A stretch of DNA of 64,000 nucleotides from Eledone cirrhosa (GCA_964016885.1 OZ024741.1:113212001-113276000); one strand, 5' to 3'. Counted from the stretch's first letter, positions 28,144 to 41,044 are shown. Program-made: numbers and translations. The notes: a model not told the origin generated them from the sequence alone.

Positions 28144-30257
28144 TTACCGTACTTTTCGTAGAGGAAGAATGGTTTCTCCATCCCTTTTCACTTGATCGTC
28201 TGGTGAAGGGACCGTTGAATCGTCCCTTCGGCTGGTCGTCGGCTCTTCTATGAGTATGTCCGAATATACTCTCCGGTTGAGAGTCCCTCCTAGGTCTCTG
28301 AAATCACCAACTGCGTTGGGGAATTTCGTTTTAATGTTTGTGTATTGTTTCTGTGCTATTTTTACCAGTCTTATGTTCGCTGGCGTTTTGATTGGTACTG
28401 GTATTATGTAGTCATACTGTGAAATGTCTGTGTGTTCAATTATGTAAGTCATTAGTTTCTTGTTGTTTGTATTTATTGCCGTGCATTTGTTTTTCTGGGG
28501 GTGGGGTGTGGTTCTGCTATTTTCTTGTCGTTGTTGCTGGGTGTGTGTGTTTTGTTGTTGTGTTTGCGATGTTGGTGCTTGTGGTGGTGGTGTTGAAGGT
28601 GTTGTTGTTGTTGGCGGTGGGGTTGTCGCCGGTGGTGATGGTGGTGCTAGTGTGGGTGGTGATGATGTTGGTGGTGTTGCTGCTGTGAGTCTCTTTGCAG
28701 TAGCCTTTACCCTTTTTTCATTTCTTTCCTCCCTTTTCGAAGGCGACGATGCGCTGCTTCTGCGTTTGTGCCTTCTTACGACCTTTGGCCATCCCTCTCC
28801 CACCTCACACTCCATGTCTGATTCTGTGAGGTCGGGTAGGGGTACCAGCTCCACTCTTTCACTTGTTGTTGTTGGTGATGTTTGCAGTGGAGTCTCTGTT
28901 GGAGCTGCAGTTGGTATTACTGTTGTTGTTGTTAATACTTCCACTGCTGCTGCTGTTCTTGATTTCCGTGGCATGGGTATGGGTGCCACCGACCTATCGT
29001 TCCTGGTTGCCGCTTGTCCTGTTGCTGGTAGCCGTGGAGCCGGTTTCGGAAGGAGGGGGGTTTTCTCCTTTCTCAGGATCTTCTCGTTGCAGAAAGCCCT
29101 GAGGTGAGTCTTCGATCCACAGCGAAAGCATTTCGGGCGTTTGCCCTCAACACTTATGGGCAGTTGAGTGCCGTTATCGAAGTCTATCACATCCGGGATG
29201 GCTTCGATGCACTCTTGGTTGGTTTGGATTAACATCTCAATGGAGGTGCCGACCCATTCTTCTCTTACTTTTTTCTGTACTTGCAGTACAGTTGTTTTGT
29301 CCTCGATTCCGACGAGGACAGACGCGGCCAGCCAAGAAGGGGGAGGACGTGTGTCAGTTTGACCCTCACAATTTTTTGCCCGCAGTAGGAGGGCACCAAC
29401 ACCATTTCCTCGCTCCTTAGGGTCACTAAAGATTGAGCCTTTGCTTCCCGGGGTGTGGCAAAAAGCACGTCTACGGTGGCATATTTCTTGCCTCGGGTGA
29501 TATGCGTTTTCCGCTGCCACACAGACCCTAAGGCTTTTTGTATTTGAGCCTCTGTGGCTCTTTCAACCCTACGGGATTTTGTGCTTACTGTACGGTACGT
29601 GACCGTACAGTGCTGTTGCGTTTCGAAAAATTTTTCGGCTGCCTTGCAGATTGCTCGGTGTTCAGTTTTTGTCACCATCTTCTTTGCTTCCTGTAATTCC
29701 TCATTTGTTTTAAGAATGGTTTCCAGGTTCTTTGCGATACCTGCAAACGAGATTGGTTTTTCTTTGTTGTTGTTGTTGTTGTTGTGATCGTCAGAGCTGC
29801 TGTTACTTTTGTTGTTGCTGCTGTTACTTTTGTTGTTGCTGCTGGTACTACGACTGCCGCCGCCGCTGTTGCTGTGGTTGTTGTTGTTGTTGTTGCTGCT
29901 GCTGTTGCTGCTGCTGTTGCTGTTGCTGCTTATGCTGTTGTTGTTTATGCTGCTGCTGTTGTTTTCCTTGTCACTGTTGCTGCTGCTGCTGTTATTACGG
30001 CTGCTACTGCTATTATTCATGAAGTCAGACGAATGAAATGGGTTTTCGTATTTACCGCACACCTTTTTCGTCGTTGTCGTCGTCGTGGGGAAATGTTCCA
30101 CGTTTTGCACGTGATTTTGGAAACTATTTTTCTTTACTGGCATCGCTTGCGAAAGAGAAGGGAGGGAGAGAGACGATCTTCTCTCTGGTGTAGTGACGGT
30201 TGAGGAAGAAGACGGAATGAGTGGGAATGACTTGTGAAAATTCTTTTTTGTAGCCAT
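28144..30257 (-). pseudogene. Tx1 B ORF1, frameshifted near 29345; poly-Asn/Ser tract and CCHC knuckle
   Basis: Overlapping ORFs 29265-30290 and 28144-29520; CFRCGSKTHLRAFC. Confidence 0.82.
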
Positions 30258-30496
30258 GTTTTTTTTTGGTTTAAAATAAATATTGGGCACAAAACCCCAA
30301 TAAGCGGTTATTTAACCCCGAAGGGCCAAATAACGGGAAGAAAGAGCCCTCTCACGAGGAGGAGGGTGTTTTTGTCAGCAATTTGGTTAAAGTTTTAAAC
30401 AATTTACAATTGTTATAGCGGTTAAAATTTACAATACCTTACAGAGCCGAGTCTCCGTCAAACATGGCATTCAATAATAATAATAATAATAATAAT

Positions 30497-31833
30497 AATT
30501 GACATTGAAGAAGGATACAAGTATTTGGGTATTCTGGAGGCTGATGACATCAAGAACAAAAAAATGAAGGAATTGATAAGATCTGAATACATTCGGAGAG
30601 TAAGGAGCGTATTAAAGTCACATCTGAACAGTAGGAATGCCATAAGTGCAGTAAATTCCCGAGCTGTGTTTATTATTAGGTACAGTGTGGGAATTCTGAG
30701 ATGGAATGTTGCTGAACAAAAAGAAATGGATAGGAAGACTAGGAAACTATTGACTATCTACAACATGTTCCACAAGAGGAGTGATGTCGATAGACTCTAC
30801 TTAAGGAGATCTGAAGGCGGAAGAGGTCTTATCAGCATAGAGGACTGTATTCAGATGGAGAAAAACAACCTACACAAATACGTGACCGATAGTAAGGAGC
30901 CAATGCTCAGAATTGTACTGAAGGAGAGGACAATAGACCAGGGGATGTCTAAGGAGGAAATAACAACGAGGAGAAAGAGCAGCCTTCATGAAAAATCCCT
31001 TCATAGTACCTTCTTTGAGAAAACTGAATTCAGTGATCCACAGACATGGAACTGGTTGAGAAGAGGAGACCTTAAAAAGGCTACAGAAGGAATGCTAATG
31101 GCTGCGCAAGAGCAGGCCCTCAAAACGAAGTGGCTGAAACACCATATTTACAGTGCAGGATCTGTGGAAAGAGAGAGGAGACTGTGGCTCACATTGTATC
31201 CGAGTGTAAACACCTAGCCCAGACTCACTATAAGGGCTGGAGACATGATGTGATGGGCTGGATGATCCACTGGCACCTATGGAAAGTAAACAATTTACCA
31301 CATTCTGAGAAATGGTATGAACATAAGCCAGAGTCGGTGATAGAAAACGATCAGGTGAAGGTGCTGTGGGATTTTAGTATACAGACGGACAAGAAACTGG
31401 AACACAATAGACCTGACCTGGTGGTTTTGGACAAAGAAAAAAGATTGTGCCTGATTGTGGATGTGGCCTGCCCATTCGACACGAGAGTGCAAGAGAAGGA
31501 GAGGGAGAAAATTAACCGATACCAGGACTTAAAGTGGGAGGTAAAAAGGATTTGGAACTGCCATGAAGTCAAAGTGGTCCCGATTGTCATAGGCGTACTA
31601 GGTACTATCTCAAGGAGTTTCCAGGGATGGTTAAAGAAGATTAGTCCAGCCCCACTTTTTGGAACACTTCAAAAGGCATGCTTGCTTGGAACAGCAAGAA
31701 CCCTCCGATACGTCCTGAATATTTGAGGCTGCAGGTAGCAGCTTGATATTCATTTCAACAAACATTCCAGTTAAATAACAACAATGACTGAGACTCAAAG
31801 AACAGTAATAATAATAATAATAATAATAATAAT
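30497..31833 (+). mobile_element. R4/Dong-clade retrotransposon, family A, 5'-truncated, (TAA)n tail
   Basis: YKYLG, RLYLRRSEGGRGL, AAQEQAL, CRIC...ETVAHIVSEC, RHD, RPDLV...DVACP, EKINRYQDL. Confidence 0.9.
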
Positions 31834-33577
31834 ATGACAAAACCATTAATCTCTTGTTCTACATGGATGACCTGAAACTATTTGCAAAAATCATGAACAA
31901 TTGCAAGGGCTATTATCCACTGTGGAGCAGTTCAGTGATGACATTAAAATGGAGTTTGGACTAAATAAATGCGCCAAAGAAACGTTCACCAGAGGAAAGC
32001 TGCTGAAAAGTTCAGACATTAATCTTGATCGGGGGGAATGTGATAAGAGAACTTGATCAAGAGGAAACTTACAAATATCTAGGTGTTTGTGAAGGAGACG
32101 GAATCAAGCACTCGACAATGAGGGAAAGGATAAGGAAGGAATGTTACCGCAGAGTAAGAGCAATCTTAAGAACGGAATTGAATGCAAGGAATAGGATCGA
32201 TGCCATAAACACGCTTGCCATACCAGTAGTAACCTACAGTTACAATGTCATCAACTGGTCAAGCACAGATATCCGTAGGCTTGATACAAAAATTAGAAAA
32301 TTCTTAACCATGCACAGAATGCATCACCCTAAGGCAGATACAGATAGAATATATCTCCCTAGGAAAGAAGGAGGACGTGGGTTAATCCAATTAGATATTG
32401 CGTTGAAAACTGCAACAATTGGATTATCTACATATCTAAGGGAATTACATGATTGGATGATCAAACTCGTTTTGAAACACGAAAGCATCAAAAGATCATA
32501 TTCCATTACAAAAGATGCACAAAGATACAGTAATGGACTACAAATTTCAGAAGTCCCATTTACTGCTGAAATGGAAAACACAGAAAAAGCAAAGCAGGTA
32601 AAAGTAACTGCAAAGAAAGAACGGCTACAGAAACTGGCTAAGAAATGGCAAGAAAAGCCTCTGTATGGAAGATACCCAGAAAGAGCTAACAATCCTGATG
32701 TTGACAAAACTTTAACCCATCAGTGGTTGGCATCCTCTGGACTGAAATCGGAGACTCAAGGACTAATTATATCAGCACATGATCAGTGTCTGCCAACAAA
32801 AAATTACCAAGCCAACATAATAAAAAATGGATGCAACCCATAATGCTGTGTATGTAAAAAACAACCAGAGACCATTAATCATATAATTTCAATGTGCAGT
32901 CCTATAGCTCCAACCGAATACCTAAACAGGCATAACAGAGCTGCACAAGACATACATTGTATAATGTGTAAGCATTTTGACCTGCCCCATTAAAAGAATT
33001 GGTGGGAGCATCAACCACTTTCCATACTTGAAAAAGATCACATCTCAATCTTGTGGAACTTTAGCATCTAAACAGACTGAAAAATAGATGCAAATAGACC
33101 TGATATAATACTGAAGGACTTTAAAAAGAGGGTATGCCTGCTAATTGATATGTCCGTTCCAATAGACAAGAATGTATCTATAAAAACATTTGAAAAATTG
33201 AGCAAGTATAAGGACCTGGAGATAGAAATTGGAAAAATGTGGAAATTGAGAACTAAAACAATACCAGTGGTTGTAGGCGCTCTAGGAATGATACCTAAGG
33301 GGTCTTATGATTACTTATCACAAATCCCAGGAAACCCACATATAGGAGAAATACAAAAGATAGTACTAATGGGAACTGCCCATATACTAAGGAAGATTCT
33401 GTCAATATAAGTACATCACAAGTCTAAACACCTAAAGATGCATGTGTGTGTATGTATGTTCTTTCTTGAACATGGCGGACCTTGTTGTCTCTTGAGGTTA
33501 CTGGTTGTGACTTGGTGATAACACGTATGAACATAAAGCAAGATAAATGGAACTATAATAATAATAATAATAATAAT
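31834..33577 (+). mobile_element. R4/Dong-clade retrotransposon, family B, 5'-truncated and decayed, (TAA)n tail
   Basis: FYMDDLKL, YKYLG, RIYLPRKEGGRGL, RPDI, EKLSKYKDL, PVVVGALG. Confidence 0.9.
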
Positions 33578-34455
33578 GATTTCTAGTATAGGCACAAGGC
33601 CAGTAATTTGGAGGGAAGGGAAAGTCAATTAAATCGACCCCTGTACGTTACTGGTGCTTTATTTTATCAACCACGTAAGGATGAAAGGCAAAGTTAACCT
33701 CGGCGTGATTTGAACCCAGACCGTAAAGGGCCGTAACTCTATTCTTAAAAGCATAGTGTCTGACTCTCTATTGATACTGCCAAATCACCGCCCTTAATAA
33801 TAATAATTGTTTCTACTTTTGGCACAAGGCCAGCAATTACCCAGTGCATTACTGGTACTTTATTTTATCGACCCTGTAAGGATGAAAGGCAAAGTTAACC
33901 TCAGCGGGATTTGAACTCATACCATAAAGTGCCGTAACTCTTTGCTGCAAAGCATGGCGTCCGACCCTCTACTGATACTGCCAATCCACCGTTTCTACTT
34001 GTGGCACAAGGCCAGCAATTATTCCAACGCATTACTGGTACTTTATTTTATCAACCCCCATAAGGATGAAATGTATAGTTAACCTTGGCAGGATTTGAAC
34101 TCAGAACGTAAAGGGCCATAGCTCAATGCCACAAAGCATGTTGTCCGATCCTCTACCGATACTGACAATCAAATAATTGTTTCTACTTTTGGCACAAGCC
34201 AGCAAATACCCAGTACATTACTGGTACTTTATTTTATCGACCCCGGAAGGATGAAAAGCAAAGTTAACCTCGCCGGGATTTGAACTCAGACCGAAAAGGG
34301 ATGTAAGCTGCAAAGTCACAATGGCACATCTGATTTAGGCTCAATGGCACAAGGCCAGAAAATTGATCTCAGTGCATTACAGGTACTTTAATTTATCAAC
34401 CTCATAAAGATGAAAGGCAAAGCTAACCTCGGCATGATTTCAACTCAGAACGTAA
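33578..34455 (-). mobile_element. Head-to-tail array of ~5 tRNA-derived SINE copies (same family as 22978-23868)
   Basis: Repeated GGCACAAGGCCAG..ACTGGTACTTTATTTTATC..GGATGAAAGGCAAAGTTAACCT..GATTTGAACTC units. Confidence 0.85.
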
Positions 34456-34514
34456 AAAGCTGTAAATGGTATATGTGTATTTGTTGTTTTAAAGCAACTT
34501 TGATGGTATATCTG

Positions 34515-34945
34515 ATTATGATGGTAAACAGTTGATACTGATGATGATGATGATGATGATTGGTTGTGATAATGATGATGATGGTGATGATGGTGGAGAT
34601 GGTTATGGTGATCAGGATGATGATGATATTGATGGTTATGATGATTGTGATGAGGATGGTGTTGATGATGAGGATAATGGTGATGATGGAGATAATGGTG
34701 ATGATGATGATGATGATCATCATCATCATCATGATCATCATCTTTATAATGTTGACAATGGTGATGATATTTTTAGACAGCAAACCACAGTCAATAAACA
34801 ACTATGGTGATAATGCTACTGATATGATGATATCGATATTCCTGACTACTATAGCTAATAGCTGTCAATAAGCAGTTATGATAATGTTGATAATGATAAT
34901 GTTGATGATAATGATAATGGGGGGTGATAATGTGATGATGGGTCA
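34515..34945. repeat. Degenerate (GAT)n low-complexity tract
   Basis: Direct reading. Confidence 0.85.
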
Positions 34946-35019
34946 CCATGAAAGCAATCTCTACAGGTGATCAGATATATTTAAATTCTTCCTCAAACCC
35001 AGCAGTTGCTAACCCAATT

Positions 35020-35750
35020 GTCACGCCATACACTTTATATCAATCTCACTATCTCTTTATCTCTCTACCTATATACACACAACTGCACTATGACATCTAC
35101 CCACGTGTATACTACCACGCACACTCATGCTACCACCACTATATGTCTCTACCTAGATACACACAACTGCACTAAGACAAACACCCACATGCACACAGCT
35201 AAACACACAAATAGACACCACCACCACTGCCACTTTATTTCTCTACATATATATACTCAGCTGCACTATGGCAACTTCTCACATATATACAGCCCCCTTT
35301 CCACCCATAGAGATACACACACTTCACACACACAACCGCAAATTCACACTACCCTACATGCGCGTACTCACAGCCACTCAAACATTACCACACACAAAGA
35401 TGCACACTGCCACACATATACATAAACAACCCATACACCTTTATACACATAATCACACAGTAGAAACTACACCTGTATAGTCACACACACACATAAATAT
35501 GCTACCAGAAACACAACTACAGATATATTACCACACATACACAATTACAAACACACCTACACACAACCATGTGCACATACACAGATGTACATTACTACAC
35601 ATACATATACACCAACACACAACCATGTCCACACATACACAGTACTGTGCATTCATGACAACATATACAGAAATATGCACATACACACATATATACACAC
35701 TACTACAACAGCTATACTGACAAACACACAACTACTCACACACAACCACT
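35020..35750. repeat. CA-rich low-complexity or minisatellite tract
   Basis: Recurrent CACACAACTGCACTA-like units. Confidence 0.7.
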
Positions 35751-38700
35751 ATGACTCTGTGGATTTCATTTCAATGTAAGCTTATCAAGAGTATCTCCTT
35801 CCTAGATGACACCACCAACACCACTAACATATAACCACTTTAACTTCTCCCAAATCTAACATCCACTTCCATTTACCATTCCCCACTATCTTCTTAGATT
35901 TTCAGAGTACACATTTCTTATTGTTATCTCTGCATCAAGCTGTATAGCATTAAAACCGATTTTCATAAGGCGGGTGATATGGTGGTAGTGTTTGTTGTAT
36001 TAGACGAACACCAGACCAAACGCAAACTAATTTGATCTGATGTCAGTCAGCCTTAAATCTTAGATTGCGTATAATGAGGGAGATATTTGCCGATTCGTGA
36101 CCAAACAGTTTCTGGCTGGCAGTTAATGATTTAATGTTGCTTTTAGTTTTTATGTTTCATGTTATCTTCCAACACAGGTCTCTCTCTTGAAAGTTAGGTC
36201 AATATTGTTGCAGCAGCAAAGTACTTCGGCACTCTGCCATTAATACCACACCGACCATTGTTGTTGTTGTTATTTATTACCGACACTATTGTTGTTCAAT
36301 ATGATGTCATGGCAACAAAGTTAACAGGATATTACATGATAGCTTACAAAACATTTGGGCAATACACACATACACGAATACATACATACATGCATACATA
36401 CATACACACACACATATATATATATATATATTATGATATGTGTATATATATATATATATATATCTTATTCTATATTAAAAGTATTCAACGACTGTCTTGA
36501 CTTACTCCCATTTGTACAAGTCATGTGAGGAAGAAAACTGATGTCATTTCTACCCTGAAATAGCAGATAAATATACACATAATACTTACATAATTTGATA
36601 GTGAGATGAGTTGCATATCGCATACAGAAATGTTTCTTTTTTATTCGTTCATTTAATATATTGATAGTACTTCTACACGGTTAAGGGAAAAATGAATTGG
36701 CAAAGTCATTAGATGATCAGATTAAATCCCACTGAGGTCAGCTTCCCTTTTATCTTTTTGGGGTCAATAAATAAAGTATCATTCCGTGGATGATGGATTG
36801 ACAAAATTGTTAAAGTATCAGATGGGTTGCTTTGTTGTATCTCTTCCAGCTCTGTGCATTCTGATTTCAAATCTCACCTCCTCCTATCACTGAAAAAGCA
36901 ATGATGTGTCTGCCAAGAATTGTGACTGTCAGATAGTATCAGCAATGGAAAGACCAAATGAAAACATAATTTTCTTGATTCAATCAGACAATCGACTCCT
37001 TTCCTTTTCTAGACCTAACATAATTCATTATAGAAATGTTCATGAAAGCCAGAGAGATGCATGTTTTTTTATGAAATTGAAAGAGAAGAAAATGGATAGA
37101 TACAACTGAGCATTGAGACATCATGGCAATACAAAGAGAGAAAGACAGATTGCTACATCTGAGCACTGTTACATCCTGGCAATGTGACATCTCAAATGAT
37201 ATGGTTTCATGGCACCAGAGATGATATTTACACCAGTTTTTTTCAAGTGAAATGCCACCTGTTTGAGAATTGGTTGTCACTCTCTCTCTCTCTTTCTCTT
37301 TGTAACAAACCTATACTAAGTACTCACTCTTGAAATATACCATCTTTACACCTCAATTTACTTGTTCTCTCACTATCTTTCTAAATCTCTCTCTCTCCCC
37401 TTCCCTCTCACTATCTTTCTAAATCTCTCTCTCTCTCTCTCTCTCTCTCAAGCTTGATATTTCTATCGAATGTTTGTGTTTGAGTGTGTCACCAGATGTG
37501 AAATGGTGTAAAGTATAAATAAAGATATACATAGTCAAAAATAAATATCATGCATCTTTTGATCCATATATGTTGAAATGCTATGTATCTTCAAGGCTAG
37601 AAATCAATGAATAAAAAGATGTTTTGAACAAATAATGATATATATTTACTGGAATTTCTTTTTTCAAAAAAATTTACCACTATTATCGATTCCTGTAGAA
37701 AGTATCATTTTCAATATATTTGTATTTTTCCCTTACAACAGTTTTTAAAAAAATGAATAAAGAAAGTGTTAAAGATTTGCATTTTTTTCTGTTGTACTAG
37801 TTAGAAGTAAATAATATGAGTATATAGCTTTCTGTAAATACAATTAAAAACATCAGTTTTATTTAATATAGCTGTGGGGAAACTGAGTGTTTAATCTATT
37901 ATTTCACATTTAGTATCTATAGTTATATTTTAACCCTTTTGAAACCATGTTTCTAAAGTATGACACTCTTTTACATGTTCCAGCCAGCAGGCTAAGGTCA
38001 TGCTTGGGTACCACCATTGAATGTTCCTTTGGAGTGATTTTGAAAATAATCAAGAATTTTCGGGGATTAGTAATATAAACTTTCTCATTACTTAATTGGT
38101 GTTTGGAGTATACTTTAAAGATTCTCATGCAAATATATGATGGAAGTTTTTCTTTTCTTCAGATACATAGAAAACCTTCAAAATAAGCAGAACTAGGGGC
38201 GGTTTCAGGTGGGTTGGTATCAATGCCTTGTCAGTTAAACAAAGGAAGGATCAAAAGGAGATCCATTGTTGGGCTGTGCTTAGGACATTAGTTGTTCTTA
38301 ATCTGACTTTGCTTATATTAATATTGACAGTAAAAAAACCTGCTAAAAATAGCTCCATTTCTGAAAAAGATACACCATGCTTAATAAAATATGAGATTAT
38401 CATCTGAAGTATTGTTGATCATATGTTCATTATATTGGCTCTGACAGAAAAAGAAAAAGAATCCAATCGCCACTCTGTGCCTATCACTTCTGTTTGCACT
38501 TGCAGAGAGAGAGGGGAGAGGGACAAGCTTCTTTACAGTTTCTGTCTAGGAAATTCACTCACAAGGAATTCGTTATTCATGATAATTTTATGTAAAAAAT
38601 CTTTATGAAATAACCATTGTTATATAAGAACCTTTGTTATTTCCAAAACATCAACAATGAACTCATTAAGAGTCTATCTTCGGCTATTGTTTTATTAACA

Positions 38701-39029
38701 TTGTTCAATACACATACATAAATGACTCTTGTAAATTAAGTAGAATCTTCAAGTGAACCTTATGCGATGAGAGCCTTCAACAAAAACTATAGCACTCACC
38801 ACCTAATCTCATTGAAACTATCTCTTCAAGGCCACAATGATTTCTAACAATATTATTGACCTTGCCATAAACAGGTAGATATCAATATATATACATGCAC
38901 TCAGTTCAACAATGCTTTGTCATTCATACACATAAATATTGGACATTCATCAAAGCATGATCACTTCATTTCCTGTAGAGTTTTTCCTTCCTCCTTCTCT
39001 ATATATCATGCATGACCTCTTCCCTAACA

Positions 39030-39290
39030 AGATCAGGGTCTGCTCTGTTTTCTTTCTTGATAAAACTTTGGTTTTTACTCTGAACCTTTTTTATTCTAAT
39101 TTCTGTTCCCTCAACTGAAATTTCTTCACTAATTCTTCACCAGTTTCAGCTATAAAACCCAAATCACCAGCATACAGAACCTTCCTTGGGCAACCATTAT
39201 CATATTTCTCTATCATGGCATGGAGAACTATAATAAACAGAAGTAAAGTACTCCTTTGAACACTTTTTTGTGTCTTCAAGGTACTTTACT
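39030..39290 (-). mobile_element. Old RTE RT fragment
   Basis: LLFIIVL.AM.EKY..GCP.KVLYAGDL..IAE aligns with the young RTE copies. Confidence 0.7.
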
Positions 39291-39479
39291 CAATTTTCTC
39301 AACTATCATTTATCATGTTCAAATAGTCTTTTACGTTGGGACAACCAGATTTCAAATAAGTTAGAATTATCATTTGACGTCCATTTTTTATGCTTGAACA
39401 ACAAGGCCAAGAGTTAATCCTAGTTTCTTGGCCCTTATGCAACAGAGAGTGTTAGATGCATGTCTGTCACAGAGATAAG

Positions 39480-39610
39480 CCCCAGTATTGGAGCAATGTG
39501 AAATAAAGTCCATTGCTCAAGCACACAATGTGTCATCCAATCTGGAAATTAAACCCATTACTCTATAATAATGAACCCAACACCTTAACCACTAGGTCAC
39601 ACACCTTCAG
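39480..39610 (-). mobile_element. Degenerate CORE-SINE 5' part
   Basis: Reverse complement of the tRNA head and CORE seen at 52972-53100. Confidence 0.55.
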
Positions 39611-40817
39611 GGATAAAATAAATATTGTTCAGTGACTTTTTAAGCACCAGCTTATGAAGGGATCTTTAACTTTGTTTTGTTTGTAGAGTATTATTCCGTT
39701 AGAAAGAAATACTATTTATACTTAAAACCTCATGTTTATAAATAAAATTAACAATGTCCAAAATATATCTCTTATTAACATAAAAATAAAAGAAAATATG
39801 AAATATAATATCAGAAATGTGAAGAAATTTATCTCTTGTAAATATGTTGACAAACAAATAGAGAAAATAAGAAAGAAACAGGCAAAAGTTCTTCTGAATG
39901 AAAAAATCCCCCAACAAAACTTTCAAGAAATTTTTTATGGAATATTATCTTTATTATTAAAAAAAGGTATTTTTTAAAAATGACAAATGGATAGTTTGTT
40001 GATATGTTGAAAACAAGTTGTATGAAAGGGCTGTAAGAAGTTGTGAAAAGTTGATGCTGGAATAGTTAATTGTATTATCTGCATTGAATATGACATTTAA
40101 CAGCCAGAGGCTGTTTTCTCATTACAAGATCTGGCATGTCTCTGTGTTACTATATAATCTTAACAAGCGAATTATATATTACATTTTCACTATATAAATA
40201 GCTGACTGACTGGATTTTCTATTAAAGTGTCATGGCTTGCTTCTATATAGCATACAATGCATTCTTTCATAAATGATATAAATATAGTGGGAGTGTTATC
40301 TTGCTATGAGCATTGTAGTACTAGAGTACATTTAATATCTTACAATAAAAAGGAAAGAAGCCTATCATCAGATCAGACCAAGGAACCATCGATATTTCCA
40401 TTGCAGATACTATCAGCCAGTTACAACTCCTGGTAGAATAAAGTAGGAATTCAAGTCAACAGAACCTACAAAGCATCTTGTCCGACAGATTAACAATTCT
40501 AGGAATCCATCACCCCTGGACTCTGGACTGGTACTCAAAATGATGAAAGGCAAAGTTGATGTTGTTGGGATTTTAACTTAGAGTACAATGAGGCAAAACA
40601 AATACAAAGACATTTAATCCATTATCATCTATCATTAATTTATTTGCTATTTTCTTTGTCTCCCTATTTATTTCATAAAAGTTTGGCCTAGCTTTCATGT
40701 AGTAGCATGATGTTGGTTTTTAGCATATGATTGCATGTGCCTCTATCTAGCTTGGATATATATATATATATAATTCAAAATTCAATAAGACCAAGGATTA
40801 GTATTAATATTATTTAT

Positions 40818-40926
40818 TTATACATCTACAGTTGTTTCAATGCGGCTAGAGTATTTCCTCAATTGTGGAGAAAAAAGGGATATTATAGGTGCTCTACTCA
40901 AAGCCACATCTCTTCAGGAAATATAA
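40818..40926 (-). ncRNA. Type I hammerhead motif with extended stem II (PLE terminus)
   Basis: TTATATTTC-CTGAAGA-GATGTGGCT...AGCCGCATT-GAAAC-AACT-GTA-GATGTATAA; a decayed 3' half recurs at ~42235-42297 (+). Confidence 0.65.
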
Positions 40927-41044
40927 TAAAAAATAACAATAAATTGATTAAAATCATAAGACACTTTTACATGAACATGATTGACATGTGCACCCGGGTT
41001 GGAAGTGGTATCGTGACGGAGGGGGGGGGGGGGGGGTAAAACCA

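Larger units (their letters stand above)
24452..30472 (-). mobile_element. Full-length Tx1/L1-group non-LTR retrotransposon B, flanked by (TAA)n
   Basis: ORF1 and ORF2 homologous to element A; 3' AATAAAGAAA; (TAA)n on both sides. Confidence 0.92.

Noticed and set aside
15165-30203. Plus-strand ORFs overlapping the Tx1 elements (e.g. 19125-19673, 28460-29107, 29732-30203)
   Set aside because: Antisense shadows of the minus-strand ORFs and their low-complexity tracts.
22978-34455. Regularly recurring ~200-bp units as a CRISPR-like or satellite array
   Set aside because: Units have Pol III box motifs and microsatellite tails, are diverged, and lack unique spacers; they are SINEs.
34445-34871. 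Asp/Met/Ile-rich ORFs
   Set aside because: Products of a degenerate (GAT)n tract.
37930-38240. piggyBac-type MITE starting TTAACCCTT
   Set aside because: The matching right TIR is not clearly recognisable.
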